In this document: in pieces, positions 52,401-63,699 of the stretch
How positions within the stretch are numbered: position 1 is the first letter of the stretch
Layout of the letters: every line of letters begins with the position of its first letter
Assembly (NCBI GenBank): GCA_951406725.2
Contig: OX597823.1
Coordinates: 97,216,001 to 97,280,000 of the forward strand
Direction: 5' to 3'
DNA length: 64,000 nucleotides
DNA from: Octopus vulgaris
Lineage: Eukaryota
The notes under the pieces: generated by a model
The model's database searches: none
The model's input: the letters and a program-made list of their open reading frames with translations, nothing else
What the model was told of the DNA's origin: nothing
Translations under genes and position numbers: made by a program

Positions 52401-55400
52401 TTTCAAATGATATATAATTTTCCATGGAATAAATGTATTTTGACATGAAAATGATCAAAGAAAAAGTGTATTTTTGCATGGTCAAAGTGTACTTGTCTCC
52501 CTTCTACAGTGCTCTATAGTAAAAGTATTACACATTCAAAGTTCTCTATTACTTGTTTCAGTCATTTGACTGTGGCCATGCTGGAGCACCACCTTTAGTC
52601 GAGCAAATCGACCCCAGGACTTATACTTTGTAAGCCTAGTACTTATTCTATCGGTCTCTTTTGCCGAACCGCTAAGTTACGGGGACGTAAACACACCAGC
52701 ATCAGTTGTCAAGCGATGTTGGGGGACAAACACAAACATATACACACATATAAATATATATATATATATGACGAGCTTCTTTCGGTTTCCGTCTACCAAT
52801 CCCATTCACAGGGCTTTGGTCGGCCCGAGGCCATAATAGAAAACACTTGCCCCAGGTGCCCCAGGGACTGAACCTGGAACCATGTGGTTCGTAAGCAAGC
52901 TACTTACCACACAGCCACTCTTACGCCTATGAAATAAGAAAAAAAACAAAAAAAAACTTTTGTTGAATTAGTTGTAAGCACAATCTTAATTCCAGTTTAT
53001 TAAATCTTCATGTTCATTTCCACTATTATAGTGAAGCCTGTTCTGAAATTGCTTCATTCACTATAGATAATTTTGCTGAATCAAATTTTGGGGACTACTT
53101 TTGATTTTTTTATCCTGTTCTGTGAGTGTATAGTCTCCAGTTTTGAGTTTGGATCTCTGTGCTCTTCTGCTGATAACCTTTTTCTTAATTGTTGGAATTG
53201 ATGTTTACACCAGACCAAGTAGCATTTTTCTCATTACATAAATTAAAATTACCTAACCATCTGTGAAGAGTGTCTAGCCAGTGTATAAAGAAATTTCAAA
53301 ATGTTTTTGTATTGAATTTATAGTTATTACATACAGAGAGTGCAAAATTACTGCGTAGTGGGAGAATGGGATCTTTTCGGTTTGAACGGCAGTTTCTAAC
53401 ATAATTTCTAGGTAACTAAAAAATTTTAAACTTCGTATACTGGTAGAATGTGTTTATAAAACATCTTTTTCTCTTGGCTTTATTAAGAAAATTATAGTTT
53501 GTAAGATATTTGTTGTTTTCTTTTCTTCAATTTCTGCAATTTCAACCAATCACTGACGTCTATTGAGTTAAAAAAACATTCTGTGCTGTATGAATATGTC
53601 CCTCGTTTAGGAAACAGATTGGGTTTATTTACATTTGTGAAGAAAAAAGGATACCCTTCCCCCACCCTTAACCCTAACCCTAAAACAGATTGAAATGCAA
53701 TAGATCGATACTAGGGTCATAATTATGGGTGGTAATTTCATATGACACCGCTAGAAAAAACTGCCGTTCAAACCGAAAAGATCCGGAGAATGTGATATTA
53801 ATGTAATCAAGTTCAAATTCAAGTGTATTAAAATTTTGCCTCATTCTAGCTTTGTGGATTGAATAATGCTACTGGTGTTCAGATATTTCATTTGTTGGAT
53901 GCAACAAGTTGGGAGACAAAGAGAATACACATATTTGAAAGTATCATTTGATGGTGTGTCCAGCATTTAGCTTCATGCTTGGCACATATAATTAAAATGT
54001 CCTGAAAGTAACCTTTGTTGGATAATAGTGTAATCAAAAAGAGGCCACTTCTTAGAGGAGACCTCCACAATGTTTTGTAGATATTGTGTTACACAGCTGT
54101 ATAGAATTTCATACTGTTGTTGTGTGCACCAAGTGCTTAAAATTGTTGTCGAAAAAGTATGTGTGCGTATACATTGATTATATATAGAAAGGGAATATTC
54201 AAAGTAGAGAGTGTATAATCATTGCATACAAAGAGTATATTAGTCATTGCGTAGAGAATGTATAAAGAAAGTGCATTGACTAGAGAGAATGTATAGTTAT
54301 TCTATTCAGAGAGTTTATATATCCATTGCATAAAGTGAGTATACATACATTTTGTATGGCCAAGTGCTGTCAAACCATCCAACTCCTGCCAGTGTAGAAA
54401 GTGGATGTTAAATGATGACGATGGCTATCGAGTGGCAGCGACAACGACACAAGAGAGAGAGAGAGTGTAATCATTGTATAGAAAGAGTATATGTAGTCAT
54501 TGTGTAGAGGGAGTATATATGGAGAACATATTGATTCAATGTATATAGAATGGGAGTGGCTGTGTGGTAAGTAGCTTGCTAACCAACCACATGGTTCAGG
54601 GTTCAGTCCCACTGCGTGGCATCTTGGGCACGTGTCTTCTACTATATCCAACCAAAGCCTTGTGAGTGGATTTGGTAGACGGAAACTGAAAGAAGCCTGT
54701 CATGTGTGTGTGTGTATATGTTTGTGTGTCTGTGTTTGTCCCCCCAACATCGCTTGACAACTGATGCTGGTGTGTTTACGTCCCCGTAACTTAGCGGTTC
54801 GGCAAAAGAGACCGATAGAATAAGTACTAGGCTTACAAAGAATAAGTCCTGGGGTCGATTTGCTCGACTAAAAGCGGTGCTCCAGCATGGCTGCAGTCAA
54901 GTGACTGAAACAAGTAAAATAGTAAAAGAGATAATGCATACTGTCATTGAGTTCTTGACATTTAGTGCTTTAATACAAAACTTAATGAAAAATTTCCTGC
55001 TGTAGATTATTTTGCTTTCTTCTACAGGTTTTATTGCACTTTTCAGCTGGAAGGATTGAAACCTCAGTTTACTTGGTCGAGTCGTGTACAAGATGGTATT
55101 TGTGATTGCTGTGATGGTAGTGATGAATGGTCAAATGAAGTTTTACCTGATAACATCCGAATTAAAGGTAATACTGTCCAAATCTTAGCAACTTGCCATT
55201 GTATCTCTATCATATTCTACACCAGCCCTGAGCCTCTCCTATATTTCACTCCATGTGACATATTACAGTGACCACAATTTTGATTGACCCAGCCCATCTC
55301 ACCCCCTCCAGTGTCCTCTGAGGGCATGTCCCAACATGTCTTCGTCATCATTTCTCTCACTATCATTCTTTTTATCTCAGTCTCTAACTCTCTCTCCTTT

Positions 55401-58400
55401 GTTTTCCAACTGGGGCATCCGTGTACCTACTCTACAGCAAGACACCTTAAATCTCTCAACTGGCACAAAGCCACACCTCCTCAATATTACTCCCTCCCTC
55501 CCGGTTGAGAGGCTTTTTGCCTTGCCAGGTACTTGGTGACCCCTGTCAGTGCTGGTGCTACATAAAAGCACCAGTACACTCTGTAAAGTGGTTGGTGTTA
55601 GGAAGAGCATCCGGCTGTAGAAACCATGCTAAAACAATCAATGGAACCTGGTGCAGCTCCTGGTCTTATTCTTTTCCTAGGAAAGAAGCTTGGGTAAAGT
55701 TGGACAGTTACAGAGTCAGATTGTAAAAGACAAATTATAAAGGATGGTATGCTGAAGCATTCAGGTACTGTGGTGGGAGAATAGAAAGAAAGTAATTCAG
55801 TAAGGCAGAAACGTTAGCACGCCGGGCAAAATGCTTAGCAGTATTTTGTCTGCTGCTACGTTCTGAGTTCAAATTCCGCTGAGGTTGACTTTGCCTTTCA
55901 TCCTTTCAGGGTCGATTAAATAAGTACCAGTTATGCACTGGGGTCGATATAATCGACTTAATCCATTTGTCAGTCCTTGTTTGTCCCCTTTGTGTTTAGC
56001 CCCTTGTGGGTAGTAAAGAAATAGGTATTTCATCTGCTGCTACATTCTGAGTTCAAATTCCACCAAGGTCGACTTTGCCTTTTATAATTTCGGGGTCAAT
56101 AAATTAAGTACTAGTTACGCACTGGGGTTGATATAATCGACTTAATCCATTTGTCTGTCTTTGTTTGTCCCCTCTTTGTGTAGCCACTTGTGGGCAGTAA
56201 CAACGTCATCGTCGTTGTTGTTGTTGTTCAGGTCTCTGCTTGGAATTGAACTCGGAATCTTGGGGTTAAGAGCATGGGCTACTAACCCAAAGATTCCAAG
56301 TTCGATTCCAAGCAGTGACCATAATAGTAATAATAACAACAACAACATTGAAAAATACCTTAGGAATGAGAACCTAGGTTCGAAATTTCCCCCAAGAAAC
56401 CTAATGAAGGCTGGAGGGTATATCAGCCGAAACGTTGTGTTAACAACGAGGACAAATATCCGTCAATTGTAAATAATGTACATAATTCCTCATCTCTTAA
56501 ATATAGAACTGTATTTTTGTTTTATTTTGCCTGTCTCTATATATATTAGCTATGCATTCTTCATTATTTCCATGTACCGAACTCACTGTGCCCCACTAAG
56601 TGTAGAATCCTGTTTTAAAGCGCACCACTTCAAATTACTGTTCACTTCCTTCAAAGGCAAAAGCTTGAAGCATAAGACTTCCATTCCACATAGCAAGAAA
56701 ATATATTAAACATTTCCTTAAATTCTTTTTCTAATACCTGTACAGACTCTTGCTAGTTTCCTTGCATTCTGGAAATATTTTAAAATATTGTAATTATATA
56801 GAAGGCTTGTACCTAATTGTTGGAATTGTGTCCAAATATATTTACTCATACAATGAGTGACATTAGGATCTCTTAAGGGCCTTTTTTTTTTTTGGAAACC
56901 TATTATGAGGAAAAAACTAACTAGTTTCATTGTTATTTAACAATTACTCTGGAATTTTCACATCAAAATTTATTCACAATTATGTTATCTTAGCATCTAA
57001 GAAGGCCTCTGAGACAAGGAGGGGAGACCAATGGTGGTCTCAGTATCAATTGTGGTTTGAATGAGATCACATGATATGACAGTTCCACTGTTTTGCTGAA
57101 GAAGAATTAAGTAGAGCGTAGTATAGGGATACAAGGATGTAGAGTTAGTATTGGAGGCGAGGCAATTATATATAAAGTCATTATATATAAATTCTTATAT
57201 ATTATATATATATATAAATTTTTTAGGGCGGCGAGCTGGCAGAATCGTTAGCACATCGGGTGAAATGCTTAGCGGTATTTCGTCTGCCATTACATTCTGA
57301 GTTCAAATTCTGCCGAGGTCGACTTTGCCTTTCATTCTTTCGGGGTCGATAAATTAAGTACCAGTTATGCACTGGGGTTGATGTAACCAACTTAATCAGT
57401 TTGTCTGTCCTTGTTTGTCCCCTCTGTGTTGAGCCTCCTGTGGGCAATAAAGAAATAATTATATACAAATTTTTGTGCTTGTTCTTACAGACCCTGCTTT
57501 AGGAGGTGCAGTGATGCATGCTCCCTGTGCTAATTGGTGCCTAACAATTCTTCAGAAAGTTCATCGGAAGAAAATGATGCTACTAGAAGGCCGTAAACAT
57601 AAAGCTCCCTATTTGGCAGCAGCAGCTAATGTGGAAAACAAACTGGTAAGTACCTAATTAGTTGCATTGAAATCAATAATAACAAAACCACTCAGAGAAC
57701 ACAAACCACTCAGAGAACACAAACCACTTCTGACTAAGCCACAAAAATATTAATGTTATTTCTAAATGTTTTATGTTTCATGCAACATTTGCAGTACTAC
57801 TTTTGCGGCCGATGCCAGCGCCGCCTTGACTGGCTTCCGTGCCGGTGGCACGTAAAAAGCACCATCCGATCATGGCCGTTGCCAACCTCGCCTGGCACCT
57901 GTGCCAGTGGCATGTAAAAAGCACCCACTACACTCACGGAGTGGTTGGCGTTAGGAAGGGCATCCAGCTGTAGAAACACTGTCAGATCAGACTGGAGTCT
58001 GGTGCAGTCTCCTGGCTTCCCAGATCCCGATCGAACCATCCAACCCATGCTAGCACGGAAAACGGACGTTAAACGATGATGATGAAGCTAATAAATTTGA
58101 TAATACAAACTTTAGTAGTACTTATCCCCACTTAAATGCAGATACTCTGTTAGAACAAACTATACCGCAGTAGATACCATGAGAAAAACTCTCATATTGG
58201 CCCCTAGTACAAAATGCACTCTTATTTATATTGCTAGCAGGGAGATAAATCCCCATGACCTCCAGATCGCATGATTTCAACCTTCCTTGCTCTTATCAAT
58301 GACAGGCACTCAATCACTAGAGGAAGCAGCAACTCATCCTCCTGTCAGCGGTATATAGTAAGAAAAATGCCAGAACAGGCACTTGTATCATGATTAGCTT

Positions 58401-61400
58401 GTTAAAAATATTTAGTAGAATTGGTTTTTTGGATTTTTGCTCTCGTTCCTAACATTTTCCTCAGTTATTCAATTCAATGCTATACCTTTTTCTTCTTTTC
58501 TTAGAGCTATGGTCCTGAAGGTGTGTTTTACAAACTAAGTCTGAAATGTTTTCAAATTCAACTTCCTCCTTATGACTACAATATATGTCCTTTCAAGAAA
58601 TGTACTCAGCAAAAGTTTCCACAACCAGTGATATCAATGGGACAGAAACCTGTGTGGGAGAAAATGAGACCTGGTTCTTATGTCTTAAAGATGACAGGAG
58701 GTAGTGCTCAGTATTGTCCAGAAAACAGAGATCGTCTTTCATGGGTAGGTAAATTATTCGATAAACATTTACTTTGTATTATGTATGCCAGCTGGAGGGA
58801 GTGACGTGTCACTTGTGTATGTTTGTTTCATGTTTTGCACATACATTCACTTGCACAACATTTTTGTGACATAGCATGATAAATGGTACAAATTGTAATT
58901 AGTACTTTTATTAGTACTATATTATGTTTAATAGTATAAAGTCCCCAGGAGTGGCTGTGTGGTAAGTAGCTTGCTTAACAATCACATGGTTCCGGGTTCA
59001 GTCCCACTGCGTGGCATCTTGGGCAAGTGTCTTCTACTATAGCCTCGGGCCGACCAAAGCTTTGTGAGTGGATTATGGTAGATGGAAACTGAAAGAAGCC
59101 CATCGTATATATGTATATATATATATGTATGTGTGTGTATGTCTGTGTTTGTTCCCCTAGCATTGCTTGACAATCGATGCTGGTGTGTTTATGTCCCCAT
59201 CACTTAGCAGTTCGGCAAAAGAGACCAATAGAATAAGTACTAGGCTTACAAAGAATAAGTCCCAGGGTCGATTTGCTCGGCTAAAGGCAGTGCTCCAGCA
59301 TGGCCGCAGTCAAATGACTGAAACAAGTAAAAGAGTAAAAGAGAGTAAAGAGTAAGGAAAATGGGGATAATGTATTTATTACAGAGAATAATTGCATGAG
59401 AAATACTTTTAGCGAATGGGTAGGTTGTGTGTTTGTAACTGAGATGTTCAATCATACTGTCTTGTTGTTCTATATATGTATCCTAATATACAATCTCATC
59501 CTTTCCTTGTTTTCATTTGTCATCTTCCATGGACACCCTACAGATAACACTGTTTAACCCTTTTGTTACTGTATATATTTTGAAATGCTCTGTGTTTCTT
59601 TCACTCACTTTAAATATAACAAAGTATTTAGTAAAATAACTTAGTTATCATTCAGCTAGTGTTAGGAACATAAATTGTGACTTAAGTTCAGTGGAAGATT
59701 TCAATTCAAAACTTATGAAAACAAGACATTTGTACTGAGATCCAGAGCCGGTTTCAGCCAGGTTGGTAAGGAAAGGGTTAACAAAATTTTGATTTTTCTT
59801 TTGTCTTTGGTCAGTAAGTGTTATTTCCTATTTGCTTCCATCTAGAAATCAAGGAAGTGACTACTATTCCCTTCAAACTTTGCTTTTCTAACCTGGTCAT
59901 CAATGTTTCGAAACTGACCTATTTTCAATTACAATTCAGGCAGATTATTTGCCGTTAATATTAGCCATTTTTCATACTTTCTAGGAAAGTAGGGAATAAC
60001 AGTTGCTACCCAAGGACAAAAATTGTGTTACACAATGTAATAGCTTGTGGTATTTTTTACTCAGTGGCAAGCTGGCAGAAACGTTAGCACGCCAGGCGAA
60101 ATGCTTAGCAGTATTTCGTCTGCCGTCACGTTGTGAGTTCAAATTCCGCTGAGGTCGACTTTGCCTTTCATCCTTTCGGGGTTGATAAATTAAGTACCAG
60201 TTACGCACTGGGGTCAATGTAATCGACTTAATCCTTTGTTTGTCCACTCTATGTTTAGCTCCTTGTGGGTAGCAAAGTAATAGGCATTTTTTACCCAACA
60301 CTCATTGTCCATTCTTATCACACAGTCTTTTCTCCTGCACATTCTCTTGTTCCAAGGATACACCACTGACTGTGGAAATTTTTACTGAGTATATTTCTTA
60401 CATGAACATAACTGATAAACATAAGGAATAATTTGAATTTGAAAGTACTCTAGATTTAATTTATAACTATTAGCTAATATCTTTAAAACTGCTCTCCTAC
60501 CTCACACTCTCTCTTTCATGCTGGTTATCATTATACATACAACAAATCATGCTTATATCATTTCTCTCCAACCTCTTTAAGTCTATGTCCACTACCCATG
60601 TCTCCTTACTATATAGCTTCACACTCTTTGTACGCTCTACCTTCTACATAGAAATACCTTGGTGCCAACTTCCTTAAACTTCTATTCCTTCCTTTCTACT
60701 GTTGACTAAATCACTAAGACAACATAACCTATTAACTACATTTGTGGAGGCACATGGCCTAGTGGTTAGAGCAGCAGACTCGCAGTCGAGGGATTGCAGG
60801 TTCGAATCTCAGACCGGGTGATGTGTGTGTTTATGAGCGAAACACCTAAGCTCCACGCGGCTCCAGCAGAAGGTAATGGTGAACTTCTGCTGAATCTTTC
60901 GCCACAACTTTCTCTCACTCTTTCCTCCTGCGTCATGCAGCTCACCTGCGACAGACCGGCGAACCGTCCATGTGGGGAACTTATACGCCAAGGAAACCGG
61001 GAAACTGGCCCTTATGAGCCAGGCATGGCTCGAGAAGGAACAAACAAAAACATTAACTACATTTAGTAAACCATCTGAGCACTTTGTTTTGCAATTGTTT
61101 TCATTGTATATCAGACATTTAAAGTTGTGATTTCTAGAAAGTGTGCTAGAAACTTCACTGCATCTTTTGCTAGCTGTTGCATGGTATACACAGTATCAAG
61201 TCCTTAATTACTTGCTACTTCTCAAACAAAGTTTTACTCCAGATGGTGCTAGGGCATGTTGCTCTCTGCACTAATTTGTACTTTGGTGTTTGTGATGTTA
61301 ACCTTTCAGCTGTTCCATGTACATAATTTTCTTGCAGCACTTTCAAAGATTCTACCACAAGAATAGGTCTTTTGCATGTTAAACTCCTCAAGAAGAACCT

Positions 61401-62883
61401 GTTCTGATCTCTTGTATATATCGCCCAAAGAACTATAATGAAGCAGAGAACAGTGTCCTGAGGAATGTTTGCTTGTGTACTAAATTCATTTAATTCACTG
61501 CCAGCCTTAACCATATTTCATCATTGTACATGACTTAACACAACTCTAACAAGATATCCCACTCCATCTTGTTTCCTTTGAGTTTACTAGAATATAGAAT
61601 GTAGGAAAAACTTCTCTAATCGTTTCTAGAAAACAAATCAAAGTCGAATGGTCTGCTTTTAGATTGGAATATCTTGTGCAGTTATCTCATTAGAAATATG
61701 AAATGAATTAAATATAGTACTCACTATATTAAATATTTCATTAAGTCATTAACTTATGTTGTCTTTTCTTTATTGTTCAATTATTTGTAATTACCTTTTT
61801 AATGTTTATTGCATTAAACATAGTAACACTAAATTATTGGCATCTCTGAAAAATTGATTGAATGGCCCTGTGGTTAGGGCAGCGGACTCGCGGTTGTAGG
61901 ATCGCAGTTTCGATTCCCAGACCGAGCGTTTTGAGTGTTTATTGGTCAAAAACACCTAAAGGTCCACGAGGCTCCGGCAGGGGGTGGTGGCGGTCCCTGC
62001 TGTACTCTTTCGCCACAACTTTCTCTCACTCTTTCTTCTGTTGGCCTGCTCACTTAGCCAGTGGGGTGGTGTCATTTGAAGGCTAAAACAATGCAAAGCG
62101 CATTGTGATCAGCGATGTGTAGCAACATCTGATAGCCTGGTCAGTCACGGTGATCACGGTGATATTAAATATTTAATAAAATGATTAAATTAAGTCATTA
62201 ACTTATGTTGTCTTTTCTTTATTTGTAATTACCTTTTTAATGTTTATTGCATTAAATGTAGTAACACTAAATTATTGGCATCTCTGAAAAATTGATTGTA
62301 TTTGGTGTTAGGAAGGGCATCCAGCCATAGAAATTATGCCAAATCAGACTGGAGTCTGGTGGGTGCAGCCTTCCATCTTGCCAGCCCTGGTCAAACTGTC
62401 CAACTCAATGGACAATGGACGTTAAATGATGATGATGATTTGTTGCTTTTGCATAAGCCCTTACTTACACCACTTTAATTAATTATTGATAAAACTTAAA
62501 TAAATTTTTTTTTTTTTTTATTGGCAATTCTATTTAGAAAGAAAATAATTGAAGACAAACCTGGTTAAAATAAATAAAAATTTCTTTTGCAGATTTAGTA
62601 AATGGGTGTCAATCAGAATTCCCCTGTAGACTAACTTCTTCTTCTTCCAGGAATATGCTCTTTTACACATTTATAATTCAGTTTGACACATCTATACAAA
62701 TGTGTAAGAGTTACAAATATATTTGAAATTTAACTCACTCAAACAAAATAATTTATCTAATTATCTGATTTTTCTTGAATTCTGCAGATAACTTTTGAAT
62801 GTGGAGTTGTTGATAAAGTGAAATCAATACACGAAGATGCTTGTGAATATTATATCAAATTCAGTACACCTGCTGCATGCTGA
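46132..62883 (+). CDS. PRKCSH-like: Glucosidase II beta subunit (PRKCSH)-like gene, 6 coding exons, 347 aa: join(46132..46452,50765..50856,55028..55167,57491..57645,58505..58744,62788..62883)
   Basis: All introns GT-AG with consistent phases (0,2,1,0,0), 1044 nt with no internal stop; RGV..Y...FQC, NDDFCDC.D.SDEPGTSAC, SSRVQDGICDCCDGSDE and MRH motifs YGPEG, CPFK..TQ, CEY.....TPAAC. Confidence 0.92.
46655..46980. mobile_element. Tail-to-tail inverted pair of family C elements (RTE-like 3' end ...GTTAAACGATGATGAT)
   Basis: Forward 46655-46782 and reverse 46785-46980 joined at (ATC)n. Confidence 0.8.
47188..47300 (-). ncRNA. Penelope-type hammerhead ribozyme with extended stem II (core mutated)
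   Basis: Minus strand: CCGAAGA-GGCC...long hairpin ATGTCTCATTTA/TAAATGAGACAT...GACC-GAAACAGCTGTC. Confidence 0.6.
48990..49927 (+). mobile_element. Two tandem family C elements with internal ~50-bp repeats
   Basis: GTAAAAGCACCCACTACACT...GGAAGGGCATCCAG...CGTTAAACGATGATGA ends at ~49497 and ~49927. Confidence 0.85.
50765..50856 (+). CDS. PRKCSH-like: PRKCSH-like coding exon 2 (QQIPYQHLNDDFCDCNDNSDEPGTSAC)
   Basis: TTTCAG acceptor, AA|GTAAG donor, LDLa-like motif. Confidence 0.95.
52547..52928 (-). mobile_element. SINE family B
   Basis: Full reverse copy. Confidence 0.9.
53369..53784. mobile_element. Merlin-like MITE, copy 2 (opposite orientation to copy 1)
   Basis: GGATCTTTTCGGTTTGAACGGCAG TIRs; exact 8-bp TSD GGAGAATG. 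Confidence 0.88.
54552..54930 (+). mobile_element. SINE family B
   Basis: Forward copy. Confidence 0.9.
55028..55167 (+). CDS. PRKCSH-like: PRKCSH-like coding exon 3 (FYC...SSRVQDGICDCCDGSDEW)
   Basis: TACAG acceptor, G|GTAATA donor. Confidence 0.95.
55803..56198 (+). mobile_element. SINE family A, dimeric form (CpG-decayed)
   Basis: Same internal junction as the 16172 dimer. Confidence 0.85.
56199..56512 (+). mobile_element. tRNA-headed, hammerhead-bearing SINE-like element (family D), copy 2
   Basis: Inverted 5' duplication 56199-56267, then forward unit; HHR CTAATGA-A-GGCTG...CAGCC-GAAAC-GTT-GTGT at 56397-56440. Confidence 0.75.
57226..57457 (+). mobile_element. SINE family A
   Basis: Full copy ending ~30 nt before the exon 4 acceptor. 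Confidence 0.9.
57491..57645 (+). CDS. PRKCSH-like: PRKCSH-like coding exon 4 (PCANWC...EGRKHK)
   Basis: TTACAG acceptor, CTG|GTAAGT donor; equivalent of the C.N.C and coiled segment of GIIbeta. Confidence 0.9.
57805..58085 (+). mobile_element. Family C element
   Basis: Ends GACGTTAAACGATGATGATGA. Confidence 0.85.
58505..58744 (+). CDS. PRKCSH-like: PRKCSH-like coding exon 5 (MRH domain, N-terminal part)
   Basis: TTTAG acceptor, SYGPEGVFYKL..KCF...YNICPFK..TQ, TGG|GTAGGT donor. Confidence 0.95.
58947..59353 (+). mobile_element. SINE family B
   Basis: Forward copy. Confidence 0.9.
59558..59777. mobile_element. piggyBac-like MITE
   Basis: TTAA TSD on both sides, CCCTTT...AAAGGG termini; related copy at ~50395-50610. 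Confidence 0.8.
60063..60283 (+). mobile_element. SINE family A
   Basis: Full copy. Confidence 0.88.
60745..61045 (+). mobile_element. tRNA-derived SINE family E
   Basis: TGGCCTAGTGGTTAG A-box, GGTTCGAATC B-box; flanked by ATTAACTACATTT direct repeats. Confidence 0.8.
61862..62163 (+). mobile_element. tRNA-derived SINE related to family E, with (TCACGGTGA)n tail
   Basis: Head shared with the 60745 copy, different 3' end. Confidence 0.8.
62788..62883 (+). CDS. PRKCSH-like: PRKCSH-like coding exon 6 (ITFECG...HEDACEYYIKFSTPAAC*)
   Basis: TCTGCAG acceptor, MRH C-terminus, TGA at 62881-62883. Confidence 0.95.
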   Translation: MTFECGVVDKVKSIHEDACEYYIKFSTPAAC

Positions 62884-63693
62884 TTTCATTCATCTTCTGG
62901 CAAAAGTATTTGGGACCAGAACTTCAGTTTTTTTTACCTTGTTATTCATGTCTACATTCCATCAAGAATTTGATTAGACTTCATTTCCTTATCATTACAT
63001 TTGGCCTAAGGACAATTTGTTCAGTCAATAGTCTTTTGTTTTTTCCTGTGATTCTTATGTGCCTGTACTATATAAAAATATAAGCTCTACAGGTATAGTA
63101 GCTGTGAAGTAAAGAACTTTTGACTATAATACTGTCCAATCTTATTACAGGTATGGATGTCATGTCTGTAGAAAAGGGAAATTGTTCTAATCTAATGATC
63201 TGTAAATATTTATTACTCTTTCTTTACTGAAGAGGAGCTTCCAATGGGAAAAGCATCTAACTAGAAATTCTTTTTTAAAAATATTTATGCAAGTATGCAA
63301 CATTTCAAAATTTCATTCATTCATGGATATTATTGAAAAACAGATGTGAATTTCTTAAAACCATATTGCTGAATATATTATGAAATAACAAAACCACTTT
63401 TTTGGTTGACATCTACAGTTTGTTATTTCAAATGGGTGTACCAAATTTTGGGATTTTGATGCTGTGGTGAGACCAATTTTTCATCCTCCTGAAATGTATG
63501 ACAACTTTTACACATTACACAAAGTACACCTACTATACATAATATTCTATACAAGATAAGTACAATAAGCTTGTACTCATCTGATCATATTTTTTTCTGA
63601 AAGCGAGTTCACTTGAAAGATATTTTCTAAAATGTATATCAAATGACAGTATATTATGATTATAAATGGCAAACGATTTGTTAAAAAAAAACC

Positions 63694-63699
63694 AATAAA
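63694..63699 (+). terminator. Candidate polyadenylation signal of the PRKCSH-like gene
   Basis: AATAAA after ~800 nt of repeat-free AT-rich 3'UTR-like sequence. Confidence 0.4.

Noticed and set aside
62881-62975. Stop-codon read-through or selenocysteine at TGC-TGA restoring an ER-retention signal
   Set aside because: The extension ends ...YIPSRI* with no HDEL/KDEL or KKxx, and no SECIS could be identified by eye
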